Positions 8,929 through 20,393 of a stretch of 64,000 bases of DNA are shown here, piece by piece. The DNA lies in NCBI GenBank assembly GCA_040285745.1, contig JAUFOR010000001.1, positions 1,178,001-1,242,000 of the forward strand, in the 5' to 3' direction. Origin of the DNA: Barthelona sp. PCE. Taxonomy: Eukaryota. Under the pieces are notes generated by a model. It made no database searches. It had not been told where the DNA came from and saw only the letters and a list, made by a program, of their open reading frames with translations. Both the position numbers and the translations under genes were made by a program. Within the stretch, counting starts at the first letter, position 1. Each line of letters opens with the position of its first letter.

Positions 8929-10752
8929 ATGGACCAGAAAAGCAAGAAAATTCAGGGCAACGATTCTTACACACACAAATCTTCGTCGCTCTTAGCTGAG
9001 CTGCGAGAACGCTTAGCAAAGACCGAGAGCCTGTTAGTTAACCAGATGACCCACCTGGAACGTTCGAATCACACGTTGGCAAACCAAAGTGCTCAGTTAG
9101 AAGCAATTGTTGAAAGTGCGTCATTTGTGAGTAAGAAACCTGTTTCAGAGGTTGATGTTGGGGTGTTAAACAGTTCAGCAGCACAACTAAATGATGATAT
9201 TGCAACGAACGTTGATAAAGTAGAGAAAATTAATGATGTTCATGGTTTTATTAGCGCTGAATTATCAAATTTACAACAGGAAGAGCTTCCAGATCATTCC
9301 CCCGAGAAGCAGAAACTTGAAAAATTGGTTGAGACATCACGTAGTCTAGAATTTGATGTTATGGATACAGCAAAAAGTTTGATAGAATTGAAACAACATG
9401 CACAAAATGCTGTGACTGCATTAAGCCCCATGCGTGCCCTTAATATGGATGATGAAGATGATTTAGTATTCTCACCAGAACCAGCATTAAAAGATGATTT
9501 TGAAACAATTACTACTCCGCAGTTGGCTGTAACAGCACCAAAATTAACGTTTGATGCACGTCATAGCGTGAGTGCACTTCAGGAGACCAACCGCGTTGAG
9601 CTGTTGAAACAGATTGGGGAGTTGAACACTGAATTGATTAATATGAGATATGTTGATGAAGAAAATCAACGAAAAATGAAAAAAATGCGCACAAAGATCA
9701 TTGAGTTAGAAGAAGGCGGTAAGACGATCCAGGGTCTTTACAACCATGAGGTTATGAAACAAAAGGAAGTTGGGTTGCAGAATGAAGAGATATCAATCAA
9801 ATTTGATCGAGGCCAAATTACGATTAAAAAGTTGGAGATTGAGAACAGTAATATGAGCAAAGCGTTACAAAGGACACAGGATGAGTGTGAAACTATGGAA
9901 CGTGAGAATCTTGGTCTAGTAGCTGAGTTGAAAGAGCATCGTAATCTGAATCAGTTATTAGAGAAAGAACTCGAAGCACTTAAGGAGAAGCATACTGACC
10001 TTCAACTACACTTTGACACTGACTCAAATGCCGTTGAAAGGCTGACTGATGAGTTAAAGACAGAACGTGAGTTAACTCAAAAGTTAACTGCTTCTCTTGC
10101 AACTTTACAGCGTGACAATGAAGAATTATCGTTTCAGCTTAAAATCCAGACGAACGCGGCTAACATTGCAACCAATGAAGCAAGTCAGCTTGGTATTGAG
10201 GTGGAGGCTTTGCGTACCAGTTTAGAGACAATGCAGGCTGAGACAACTTCAAGCCTAAACGTATTGAATGGGCAGGAGGCAGATCTAGATGCTCTCCGTG
10301 CAAAGATCAGCAGGAGGGAGGCCATTGTCGTGGAAAGAGAAGGTCTACTGTTGGAAAGAGAGGTTGAGTTAGATAATTTGCAACAGGAATTGGGAACCCT
10401 CATAGAGATGCAATCTCGCACTGTTATGCCTGCAACCGTTATGCCCACGGCAGCCACCACGGTCACCAATACAAAAGAAAATAGGGTCGTTGAACGTCAA
10501 CTAAATTTAGATCATGGTGCAAAGTTAGAAGCACGTTTGAAACGGTTGAGATTGTCTGTTTTAAGCCCTGTACGTACTGTTCATCGTCTAGATCATGTGA
10601 GAGATCGTATCCAGCATAATAGTCCTGTTAAAAATAATTTAAAATCCAGTACTGATGATATTATTCGTTTACATGAAAAGAAAATAGATGAAGATTCTCG
10701 TTCCCATGATTTGCGTGCTTCTCAATTACTAACATCATCAAAACTCGTGTAA
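8929..10752 (+). CDS. Long coiled-coil protein of unknown function
   Basis: Heptad-rich E/K/L/Q sequence over about 600 aa. First ATG at 8929. Confidence 0.75.
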   Translation: MDQKSKKIQGNDSYTHKSSSLLAELRERLAKTESLLVNQMTHLERSNHTLANQSAQLEAIVESASFVSKKPVSEVDVGVLNSSAAQLNDDIATNVDKVEKINDVHGFISAELSNLQQEELPDHSPEKQKLEKLVETSRSLEFDVMDTAKSLIELKQHAQNAVTALSPMRALNMDDEDDLVFSPEPALKDDFETITTPQLAVTAPKLTFDARHSVSALQETNRVELLKQIGELNTELINMRYVDEENQRKMKKMRTKIIELEEGGKTIQGLYNHEVMKQKEVGLQNEEISIKFDRGQITIKKLEIENSNMSKALQRTQDECETMERENLGLVAELKEHRNLNQLLEKELEALKEKHTDLQLHFDTDSNAVERLTDELKTERELTQKLTASLATLQRDNEELSFQLKIQTNAANIATNEASQLGIEVEALRTSLETMQAETTSSLNVLNGQEADLDALRAKISRREAIVVEREGLLLEREVELDNLQQELGTLIEMQSRTVMPATVMPTAATTVTNTKENRVVERQLNLDHGAKLEARLKRLRLSVLSPVRTVHRLDHVRDRIQHNSPVKNNLKSSTDDIIRLHEKKIDEDSRSHDLRASQLLTSSKLV

Positions 10753-10763
10753 ATTTTTTATTT

Positions 10764-12752
10764 TTATTCATGTATCACATCAAAATTTGTTTCAGGCTCA
10801 TAATCACTTTCTATGTAGCTGAAGGTTTCATCTGTTGAAAATTCCCCAAAATAACTCAATCTACGAGCCAAGCCTGCAGTATTCACTTCAAAATTCAATT
10901 CTTTTTCCAGTCCTGTAGCTAAACTAAGATAAGTCGAATCTGGGGTAAATACAGAATTGAAGTTTGACTCTTCTGGGACTCTTGGGAGTACTACACTCAG
11001 GCGAGAGGCTGTTCGCATCGAGTTGATGTTGTTTTTGACATGCATCAATGTGCGCTGTGGTCCACTATCTTTATCAGTGTAACTGTGCATGTCAACAAAG
11101 GACTGCATAGGATTAAGGACTGTATCTAGTTTCTCCAGTGTTGCAAAGAAGGCTTTTGCAAGCCACCACACCACAGACACCCATATGCATGCTATTATGA
11201 CAGGTTCGTTCATCCAGTATACATGATAGAAGCAAAATATGCAAAATTCAATACAAAAAAAGCATAAATTAAGTAAAAAAAGAGGTATAGAGCTGAAATA
11301 TCTGCTCTTAACACCAAGTTTTCTCTTTTTGATAATATCCAGATTTTTATGCATCGTCAACTTCATATGTGCTGGCATTTCTCCTAAACGACAACTAAAG
11401 TTATGCACAAGGGTAAACACACCAGCTGTTAGCAGCCATATGGTGCTCGTGAACCTATGCTGCTGTTTAAAGAAATCGCGAATAATTTTCCGTAGTTTTA
11501 GGACATTATCATACGAAATTTCATCATTTTCTTCCCATTTAAATCGATTATAGACCACCAGATCCTTCAAATAGGCCACCAAAAGCAGATCTCCATTAAA
11601 AGGAAGCCCTAAAAAACTTAATATTCGTTGGAGTGATACTCTCAACATAAACCTCCATTCACCACTTCTATTGCTTTCAAAACCAAGTGCACCTGTAGGG
11701 GTGTCAATAATGGTCTTATTCGAACTTATCCTGTAATACTCTTGCACAATAATGGCATCAAAGCCAGATAATGGTTTCTTGTTAATTAATTTAACAGATG
11801 AACCAGTAAGAAGTACGTAAGAGATATGGAAGAACACAGCAGTACATACAAATCCACCAATCCAAATATTATAGCCATGGGAGAACAGGTCAATTAGTAA
11901 AAGATACTCTGCAACCAATAAAGATCGTACTATAATGAGGTGAATCGTTGTCATGTAGTTGTCGCGGTATGGGTACACAATATAAGCCAGATATAAGTGT
12001 AGCAATACAGATAGACCAATACATATTATACATGTACAAAAGAATGATAATGCGAAAGAGGAAGAACCTGTACGAAACAATGTAGCAACTCGGTAGTATA
12101 CCTGGAGAACTGATTGTTGGTATACGAGAGGGAAAGGCCTTAAAAATATACTGAATGCGTTAGTAAGAGCAGGTAGAAAAATTGAAGGGTTTTTTTTAGA
12201 AATTGATACAAAGAAACGGCACACAAGCAGCATATAGAGCCAGGAATCAGCTATTCTAATGAAAGATTTCTTAAAAAAGTAGCAAAACAAAAATATGGGA
12301 GATTTTGTTGCAGTTGCTCTATACATGTATAAACAAAGAATAAACAAGCCCATGCTGGGTAGTAAAAATGATAATACAACTGTATGTATGTCTAAATACT
12401 GGAATTGAATTTTTTGTGTGCTCACTTCACTAAAAGTTGTGTTGATGAAAAGCAGTCCCTTCAATGTTAGTTCCCCAAAGCCCAACTCAGATGATATCTG
12501 TACAGGAGATAGGCAGAATACCTCAGAATGATTGAAATTTCCCAAAAAAATCGTTCCAGTAGAAGAATGTAATGTAATGTTAACAAAACCAATGTTTGGC
12601 CCTTTATAAATCAACCAAGCTGGCACCTTTGAAGCCTGAGTTATCCTTTTCAGTGACGAAACCATAAAAATTTCACTATTTGCCAAAGAAAGTACAAAAA
12701 ACCCAAAAAGAAGCAACAAAGCCTTAATGCAGATGCCTTGTTGACAATACAT
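10764..12752 (-). CDS. Unknown polytopic membrane protein, paralog 1 of 3
   Basis: Signal-like N-terminus, multiple TM segments, HNFSCRLG, KRKLG and ARRLS motifs shared with the next two genes. Confidence 0.75.
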   Translation of the reverse strand: MYCQQGICIKALLLLFGFFVLSLANSEIFMVSSLKRITQASKVPAWLIYKGPNIGFVNITLHSSTGTIFLGNFNHSEVFCLSPVQISSELGFGELTLKGLLFINTTFSEVSTQKIQFQYLDIHTVVLSFLLPSMGLFILCLYMYRATATKSPIFLFCYFFKKSFIRIADSWLYMLLVCRFFVSISKKNPSIFLPALTNAFSIFLRPFPLVYQQSVLQVYYRVATLFRTGSSSFALSFFCTCIICIGLSVLLHLYLAYIVYPYRDNYMTTIHLIIVRSLLVAEYLLLIDLFSHGYNIWIGGFVCTAVFFHISYVLLTGSSVKLINKKPLSGFDAIIVQEYYRISSNKTIIDTPTGALGFESNRSGEWRFMLRVSLQRILSFLGLPFNGDLLLVAYLKDLVVYNRFKWEENDEISYDNVLKLRKIIRDFFKQQHRFTSTIWLLTAGVFTLVHNFSCRLGEMPAHMKLTMHKNLDIIKKRKLGVKSRYFSSIPLFLLNLCFFCIEFCIFCFYHVYWMNEPVIIACIWVSVVWWLAKAFFATLEKLDTVLNPMQSFVDMHSYTDKDSGPQRTLMHVKNNINSMRTASRLSVVLPRVPEESNFNSVFTPDSTYLSLATGLEKELNFEVNTAGLARRLSYFGEFSTDETFSYIESDYEPETNFDVIHE

Positions 12753-13060
12753 GCACGTTGTACCCCTCTACAACAAGTAAAAACAAGATGAATGAAGTAC
12801 TAAATAGTTTAACAAGCAGTTTTCACATTGATTACGTACCCTTTTTATTGTGGATTTATTGCAGTGAACTGGCTGCCAACATCAGAAAAATGCATAGTTG
12901 TAATTGAAACAAGTATTCTGAATGTAATTGCAGGCTTTTACTGTACCAGTTTTCTAATCACTTTTGTATGCTAAATATTAATAATCAACTGTTTATTGTT
13001 TGAAAATACTAATGAATAATGTGCAAAATGTATAAATAATAAGGAAATTGCTGAAGTAAA

Positions 13061-15364
13061 CTATTCTAGTATAACTGTCTCCAAATCATCAGAAAAATCT
13101 GAATCAATGGTATTGATGTCTGTTTTGATATCGGTGGGCGATGAATACTCATCCACTGCATCAATCAAAGCATCTAAATTCTTAAAAGCAATGCTTGGTG
13201 ATAATAATGGTTCGCTTTGCATAGTACTATCAATTTCTAAAACAGGTGGGCTTACTGTTAATGTAGGTGAAGTGAATGTTTCTGATACAACAGAAGAAAT
13301 ACTTAATCTGCGAGCAAGCTTTCTAGTTGTAACATCATCATGAACTTCTGAATCTATACTTTGTAAAAAGCGACTTGTAATGGTTAGTTCTTCATCATTA
13401 ACACCACAATCATCATCACTAATGGTATCATTATCTATTTCCCTCAATATTAAATGTAAAGAATCTTTTTTGAGTTCTTCTAAATTGTTTAAAAGTTGTT
13501 TACCTTGATTTGTTTGTACTACGCCTCTTTCAATACGAACAAAAGAATGAGCTATATGTAATTCACGGTCCAAATCAGTTCTTGTGCTAAAAAAAGCTAA
13601 AACAGTCCAATAAATAATATAAACAACAAAGATAATAATAATACTTTCAAATTCAAAACGACTTAATGCTCTGAACATCCACAACTCTAACATAAATATT
13701 GAAACAGAAGAAATCCAACCAATTTTATCAACAACCCTTACAATTCCCAGTCTACGTTTTGGCATACTATCAATTGCACTAACAATTTCACATTTACCAA
13801 ATAAAGCATGTGTACCAAAACGACAAGCTAAATTATGTGCAGCAAAAATTAAAATTGATCGTGGAGAAAAATAAGCAAGTAAACTAACGAATCTGTTGTG
13901 ATGTATAATATAGTTGTTAATCATTTTTCTTAATGCTTTCACTTCAGAATATCGTAATTCAAAATTCTTCATTGGATGATCATATCGTTCTATTGTTTGA
14001 TGAAACTTATTTAATTTTATCAGAGTTTTAAAGTATTGTGATAAAAGAATATCAGCATTGAAATAAATACCAAGCATGTGGTGGAATTTAAAAACGGAAA
14101 TACGCCATTTTAGAGTAGGTAGTAATTTAATCCTTTTATCTATGTCATTATTTGATAGTTCAGAGAGATACGCAACAACAGAATCATTGCACAGTGGGCG
14201 ATTTATATCTTCCATAGATAACAGCTTTTTTGATAGCTTTATATTGTGCTTAAGGCAATATTCCTTAAAATATAAAAAATGGACTATTAACAATCTTCGC
14301 TCCAGAGGACTATAATCGTTATTTTTACGTATACCCCATAACGGGTACCCAAGTATAAACATTCTAAAAACAATTATAGTAACAAAAAAAGATAAAAATT
14401 TGAAGGTGTTTAAATAAAAAGAATTTTCAATCATAGGACCTAACATATGTCCTACACTAGATATAAGACCCACAAGCGTTCTTCCTATCAATAGTAAGAA
14501 TGTATACTTGAAACCATCATCTCTAAACGGTAAAATAAATTTTTGCATTAGATATAATAATAATACATTAGATACAATAAAAGTTATTAAAAAAAAAAAC
14601 GCATCAATATTTAATAAATCCGATAACCCATTAAGTAATGCACCAATGGCTAAATGCAAAAACATTATAGTTGAAGCCAAAATATGCTCCAATAAAGCAG
14701 GAAGGAATTTTACCAATCTAAATAATAATACAAAGAAAGAAGGTATTAGATGTATTGATTCTTCACGATTAAATACTAAAAAAACTTCTGCAAGTACAAA
14801 TAAAAAAATAAAAGCTTCTGTAAGATTATTTAAAGTCATATTTAAACTTTTTGAGATGTACAAAACAAATGGAACCTCTTTAAACGTTAATGGAACAATG
14901 TAAATTATATAAATTAAAATTGTGACAATCAAAAAATCCATCAAATTGTCACTACTGAACAAGTCTGTTGTTTCAATATGTAAAACTTGTTGACAAATTA
15001 CATTGTTTGTTAACGTTACATTCAGAGTGACGTTTAAAATTTGATTTGAAGGAATGAATGCTGTGAAATATTCACTATGATTAAATGATCGTTTTTCGAT
15101 CAGACCGATTGGTTGAGTTTCGATCTTTGCATTCGCCCCATCCGGAATAATGAGTGAAAAAGGTATTCCCATACGTGATAACGATACTTTAGGAGAAATT
15201 GTGTAAAAATAAACGCCGGTACACTGATTATTTGAATAAGCGTCAGCAAGTTGATGACGTGTGTCGTTGTCAAGCCCAATACGCCCATTTGCTGATGCAA
15301 ACATTAGCAAAAAAATTGACACAAAAATGGTGATGTTGTGATCTAGCTTAAAAGTTTGACTCAT
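13061..15364 (-). CDS. Unknown polytopic membrane protein, paralog 2 of 3
   Basis: HNLACRFG, KRRLG and ARRLS motifs; TM segments; first ATG at 15364. Confidence 0.75.
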   Translation of the reverse strand: MSQTFKLDHNITIFVSIFLLMFASANGRIGLDNDTRHQLADAYSNNQCTGVYFYTISPKVSLSRMGIPFSLIIPDGANAKIETQPIGLIEKRSFNHSEYFTAFIPSNQILNVTLNVTLTNNVICQQVLHIETTDLFSSDNLMDFLIVTILIYIIYIVPLTFKEVPFVLYISKSLNMTLNNLTEAFIFLFVLAEVFLVFNREESIHLIPSFFVLLFRLVKFLPALLEHILASTIMFLHLAIGALLNGLSDLLNIDAFFFLITFIVSNVLLLYLMQKFILPFRDDGFKYTFLLLIGRTLVGLISSVGHMLGPMIENSFYLNTFKFLSFFVTIIVFRMFILGYPLWGIRKNNDYSPLERRLLIVHFLYFKEYCLKHNIKLSKKLLSMEDINRPLCNDSVVAYLSELSNNDIDKRIKLLPTLKWRISVFKFHHMLGIYFNADILLSQYFKTLIKLNKFHQTIERYDHPMKNFELRYSEVKALRKMINNYIIHHNRFVSLLAYFSPRSILIFAAHNLACRFGTHALFGKCEIVSAIDSMPKRRLGIVRVVDKIGWISSVSIFMLELWMFRALSRFEFESIIIIFVVYIIYWTVLAFFSTRTDLDRELHIAHSFVRIERGVVQTNQGKQLLNNLEELKKDSLHLILREIDNDTISDDDCGVNDEELTITSRFLQSIDSEVHDDVTTRKLARRLSISSVVSETFTSPTLTVSPPVLEIDSTMQSEPLLSPSIAFKNLDALIDAVDEYSSPTDIKTDINTIDSDFSDDLETVILE

Positions 15365-15603
15365 TGACTTGTCAATTCCCAAGAAGAAGATTTTTTTGGT
15401 GTATAAATTCCAGTTTAGCTGTGATATATTGAAAAAATTCTAAACTGTTTTCAGTGAAGTTGTTTTAGTTTTCTACTCTTTCTTAGAGAGTTAATCTACA
15501 TATCAAACACTAGTAGCCCAAAGTTTTTTGTTTAACAATTTTCAACCTTACTATTGCAGATTAAAAATTCAACAGTTTTTTTCTGAAGATAAAACACTTT
15601 AGT

Positions 15604-17964
15604 ATGACTTGGAAACCAAGTTTAACTTATAAATTCGGAACTGAATTTTTTTTATTGTTTTTTCTGCTCTCTTTTACACTTATAAGAGCAAATTCTAATG
15701 ATTTCAAAGATCATTTTGTGTGCAAAAAGCCCTTAAAAGGTGAGAAAATGTTCGGGGGAATACCAAATATGTTGTATTTCGTTTCTTTACATAATGAAGA
15801 GGGAAATCTTACAATAAGTGCAAATGATAGAATTGTTGCAACAGGGACTTCTAAATCTCAAGTTATAATACTTAATTTATCCTATCTTGGACCAACTAAT
15901 ATGACTTATCTTGTTTCATTAGAACGAAATGGCAGTGTAATAACATACACACATTCTGAACAGTATACTGTGGTCTATACAGAGATATTACCGTTCATCA
16001 TTGCTTTTTTTATGATTTGTATGTTGATATTTTTTTATCCAACTGTTTCATTTTTTTCCGAAAAATCAAAAAAAAATTTTTTTTATTTGACTAGTTTTTG
16101 GTTGCGCAGGTTTTTAAACCTGGTTTTGGATGCTATGATCTTTCTATTATTGTTAACTAATGTGTTAGGTTTGGATTTTCAATTTTTTACTCGATTTTTT
16201 CAAAGTATAAGTAATTTTATAGATTTTTTACCTTCTGTATTAGCTCATCAAATCCTGTTAATGATATATGTGATGAATGCTATATTTGGAGCATCAAAAA
16301 ATTCTTTAAAATCACTTGAAAAGTTACCTTTGCATTCATTGGCCATAATACTAATATTTTTGTTTTTGGTATTATGGTATTTTTTACGATTGAAAGTATT
16401 CCCATACACTAAACGTTCTTTTAAACTTACTTTACAACTTTTACTAGTGCGTAGTTCAGTATTGGTAATTTTTATTGTTGTTAAGGCAAGCATGAATGTG
16501 TCGAGAGGCAATTTCTTCAGTTATATATTCATGAATTTGATTTTATTAATGGGTTCTATATCAGTTTTTCATAATTTAGTTATTGGTTATGAAAGCAAAG
16601 ATGTTTTAAGACGATTAAAAGAAAAACCTGAATTGCACCTTTTAGAGCGAAGAATATTAGCAGCATATATGCGATACAACGAGAAGCTTGATCAAGGAGA
16701 AAAAGATCCAAAGTTATGTGATGCAGATATTGATGAGTTCTCATATTTTTCTGATGAAGAATTAATTTATAAAGTTTCTGAATGTAAGGGATCACGTATG
16801 CGACACTTGTATAAGGGATCTTTTGCTCTTTTTGGATTTAAATACAACGCAAATTTATATGTTCTGAGTTATTTGAAGAACATGATTACAACAGGTCAAT
16901 TAGAATTTGATTCAAAGGCAGAAGACAGGAAGATATCATTTAACGATGTGCGAAAATTAAGAAGATACATTATAGATTTCACTAGAGAAGGAGTAAGATT
17001 CATATCAATAATTTTTTATTTTATACCAATACGTCAATTTGCTATTCTACACAATGTTTCATGTCGTATAGGGAGACGTCCTTTTGGAGCAATATTTGAT
17101 ATACATAAAGTTATAGATCCAAAAACACAACGTCAGCTGGGTATTTCATCAATAGGGTCAAGACTTGTATTTCTTTCTAATGTATTAGTTTTTGCTTTTG
17201 AAATAGCGTTACTGGTAATCAGTGAGAATTGGCCTTTGAGCATAGTTTTTGATTTTTTTTTAGCTATATATTTACTATTTTGGGTTATTATGGCAGCTAA
17301 AGAAGCAGTTAAAGATAGAAGAACTTTAAATCCTTGTTCTTCATTTGAAAAATTTCATAATTCTGAAACTTTAAAAACTTTTGAAGGAACAGAAGCATTA
17401 GATATACTTAAGGAGACCATTACTATTCTTTCTCTAAGTAATGGTAACAGTGGTAATGCTTCAGCAATACCCTCACCAGAAATAGGATTGAAAGAGAAAC
17501 CTTTGAATTTTTTTCAGTTAACTTCAGAAAGTAGTGAAGAAGAAGAAATTGAATTAAACGAAGAAATCCTTACTCTTGTTGAAGATGTAACAGATTATAT
17601 GGGTAAAGATGCTTCAGAAAAACAAATAAGGAAATTTAGTCGTAGATTAAGTATATTAAGTTCTAATTATGACAGTAATGGATCATCAAACGGAAACTCT
17701 TCCAGGAATTCCCAAAATATAAATTCTGCCAGACTTTCTTCAAACAGAAATTCAGGAATTTTTTCTGATGGAAGTGTTGGTAGCCGTTTTTCTGTTGAAT
17801 CTCACAGTGCCGCGGCACTAGATTTTGCTTATATGCTTTCCAGTGAATTCCAACCAGCACCAGAAGAGCTATTTGAAAGAAGTATTGATGATGATGAACT
17901 AAATTTTCATTTAAGTAGTCTCAATATGATGGATGAAGATGGTGAGCCAATTGTTTATGATTGA
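15604..17964 (+). CDS. Unknown polytopic membrane protein, paralog 3 of 3
   Basis: HNVSCRIG, QRQLG and SRRLS motifs; TM segments; Ser/acidic tail. Confidence 0.75.
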   Translation: MTWKPSLTYKFGTEFFLLFFLLSFTLIRANSNDFKDHFVCKKPLKGEKMFGGIPNMLYFVSLHNEEGNLTISANDRIVATGTSKSQVIILNLSYLGPTNMTYLVSLERNGSVITYTHSEQYTVVYTEILPFIIAFFMICMLIFFYPTVSFFSEKSKKNFFYLTSFWLRRFLNLVLDAMIFLLLLTNVLGLDFQFFTRFFQSISNFIDFLPSVLAHQILLMIYVMNAIFGASKNSLKSLEKLPLHSLAIILIFLFLVLWYFLRLKVFPYTKRSFKLTLQLLLVRSSVLVIFIVVKASMNVSRGNFFSYIFMNLILLMGSISVFHNLVIGYESKDVLRRLKEKPELHLLERRILAAYMRYNEKLDQGEKDPKLCDADIDEFSYFSDEELIYKVSECKGSRMRHLYKGSFALFGFKYNANLYVLSYLKNMITTGQLEFDSKAEDRKISFNDVRKLRRYIIDFTREGVRFISIIFYFIPIRQFAILHNVSCRIGRRPFGAIFDIHKVIDPKTQRQLGISSIGSRLVFLSNVLVFAFEIALLVISENWPLSIVFDFFLAIYLLFWVIMAAKEAVKDRRTLNPCSSFEKFHNSETLKTFEGTEALDILKETITILSLSNGNSGNASAIPSPEIGLKEKPLNFFQLTSESSEEEEIELNEEILTLVEDVTDYMGKDASEKQIRKFSRRLSILSSNYDSNGSSNGNSSRNSQNINSARLSSNRNSGIFSDGSVGSRFSVESHSAAALDFAYMLSSEFQPAPEELFERSIDDDELNFHLSSLNMMDEDGEPIVYD

Positions 17965-18070
17965 TGTTGTTATTTTAAATCCTTACAACATTAGATTAGA
18001 TGATCACCATTATAATAAATTTATATTTTTTAATTGTGGTTTTCTTCTTGGCTTTTATCAGTTATGGATT

Positions 18071-20200
18071 CTATTCATTATGGTAATACTCATGATAATC
18101 GGGCATGTGGAACTCAACGATGGATGCTTCGGCCAGGAACGATGGAAGGTGGAACGATTCCACAGTGGGATTCATCGATTCCGGGTCTTCCTCAACGTTA
18201 TATGTTTTCAACACCATTGTCTTGGTCTCTTCTTCGTATGACATGTCTTGAACAGTGTTATTGGGCAGATTTGGATCGTTGCTTATCTTCATGTTAGAAG
18301 AATATGGTAAATTGTCGTTTATGTAAAAATGTGTTTCAATTGCACCATCTTCAACGTATGCTTTAATGATACCACCCCTCACGTGTATGTATGAATCTCC
18401 CACGAAATTACGGAAATAGTTGCCTTCCTCCGTTCCATCATCATATGATCCCTTCCAAAGGAGAACAGGCCCTAAGAAGCTTCCTGTTGACCAATCAAGA
18501 CAGTATAAATGTTGCGTTTCTGCTTCTTCACTGTGTGAATGTACAACAAATAGCTGATGATCAGGTGTTTCATTCAATGGACGAGGGTTAAAGTAAACAT
18601 CCTCCACAGATCTATGTTCAGAAACAATGTGCTTTTGAACCTCCACATCATACACGTTGACATTGAGCTGAAAAAAATGGATTGCTTCTTCACATAAAAT
18701 GCACGCTGAATTATCAAAATGTGAACCATGAACTCTTCTAACTTTCACATTCTGTGGAAGCTCTAAAATCAGCTTACTTCCCAAATACACCAAGCCTGCA
18801 CGATCCTCAAGACGGTCAACATTGACAGGCAACCCTTGAATAAAACCACGGTTTTTAGAACCGCAATGAGGTAAAATGGTTGTGACAGGCTTGGATTCTG
18901 ACCAGTGCCAGTGAATTTTGACATATGCATTAGTTTCACCACGGTCCTCTGCCATTACAAAAAAATCACCTGCTTCATTTGGATGTACTGATAAGATCTT
19001 GTACCTCGTACGTGAAAATGGTTTCTTATACCCACGCAGCACAATAAACTTCCTTTCTTTAAAAAAAAAGTAATATCTTATCAAAGAGTCATCATACACT
19101 TCCGCTTTTCCATCAAAAAAAATTCCTCTTGGATGAAGACTGTTCAAACGCACAACCTCATTATCAACTGTTCTGAATTTGATTAGGCCATAACGTTCTG
19201 TTATTTTATCAACACCATAAAAAACACAATCTTCATCATGAAAGTAATTATCGTTCAAGTCTATATGCTTCAAGTCATTGCAGAGTACATTCTTAAAATT
19301 CATTTCACCCCTTGCTATCTTCAATTCACCGTTTTCGATATGAACCGCAGTGAAACTTGAATAAATGAATACCATTGACAAAACATCTTGAGTGAGCGTC
19401 AATAATGCAATTTTTGAGTTTTTCTTAATAAACAATCCTTTAAGCTGCGGAAACCTTTCTGTCAAGTTAACTTGGTTCCTCTGACAGTCAAATATTATTA
19501 GTTCATCAATTTCTTGATTGCGAAACCTGACTGAGCAAATGCAATCCGAGTTTAAGCACCTGAAGTATCTTGAATGGACACCATCTAACTGCTCAATATC
19601 AGGTTCATGTGCCTCGTCCATGTCATCAACAGAAAAATTGTAATGCCATATGGAATTATCTTGGAATTTCCATAACAAAATGTAGTTTGAATTGATGTTT
19701 GATTCAATTAAGTCATACTCTCCAAGACATCTATATTCATCGGTTAGCACATTTAATATGTAGCACAGAATCACTTGCCTGTTATTAACGGTTTCATCAA
19801 TGGTTAATAGTAGGTGATTCTCATCCATCGGATATATTCTGCTAATTTGAAACCTTCCTATGTTGTCAAAAGGGAAGGGTATTTTCCTTCTTGTATGTTC
19901 AGCACTCATGATTTCACTAAGTAATATGATATCAAGATGGGTTATAATACGATCTTCATAAAGCTCGTCAATTATCATGTAAGATTCTCCAGCTTTTAAT
20001 TTGGATGTGTACTTAAGAGGCTCACCCGTATCCTCCACATACCCAGTAAAGTCCTTGTCTTCAATGACACTTTCAATAAGGCTGATATCTTTGTTTTCTC
20101 TTGATGAAAGCAATCTTACGCCCTTTCCCTCAAATATCAGTTGACCCTCGGGACACGCCCCGATGACAAGGTCGTCCTCGAATTTTCGAACCCTAGGCAT
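18071..20200 (-). CDS. Hypothetical 709-aa protein, beta-strand rich (possible propeller)
   Basis: Long ORF with short alternating hydrophobic strands. No recognisable family motif. Confidence 0.7.
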   Translation of the reverse strand: MPRVRKFEDDLVIGACPEGQLIFEGKGVRLLSSRENKDISLIESVIEDKDFTGYVEDTGEPLKYTSKLKAGESYMIIDELYEDRIITHLDIILLSEIMSAEHTRRKIPFPFDNIGRFQISRIYPMDENHLLLTIDETVNNRQVILCYILNVLTDEYRCLGEYDLIESNINSNYILLWKFQDNSIWHYNFSVDDMDEAHEPDIEQLDGVHSRYFRCLNSDCICSVRFRNQEIDELIIFDCQRNQVNLTERFPQLKGLFIKKNSKIALLTLTQDVLSMVFIYSSFTAVHIENGELKIARGEMNFKNVLCNDLKHIDLNDNYFHDEDCVFYGVDKITERYGLIKFRTVDNEVVRLNSLHPRGIFFDGKAEVYDDSLIRYYFFFKERKFIVLRGYKKPFSRTRYKILSVHPNEAGDFFVMAEDRGETNAYVKIHWHWSESKPVTTILPHCGSKNRGFIQGLPVNVDRLEDRAGLVYLGSKLILELPQNVKVRRVHGSHFDNSACILCEEAIHFFQLNVNVYDVEVQKHIVSEHRSVEDVYFNPRPLNETPDHQLFVVHSHSEEAETQHLYCLDWSTGSFLGPVLLWKGSYDDGTEEGNYFRNFVGDSYIHVRGGIIKAYVEDGAIETHFYINDNLPYSSNMKISNDPNLPNNTVQDMSYEEETKTMVLKTYNVEEDPESMNPTVESFHLPSFLAEASIVEFHMPDYHEYYHNE

Positions 20201-20393
20201 GAATAGCCGTGATGATGTAGGTTAATATTGATAAAGCATGTATTTCTTAAAAATCAGTGCTTGTACATGGTTAAAACTTGGTAGACAAACATGGTCAGTG
20301 TACAAAAACAAAATGAATTTAATAGAATTTGATTTCTTTGAACTTGTTCTTATACACTTTTTTTTCCCTTTTCTTTTATTAACTAAACGTAAA

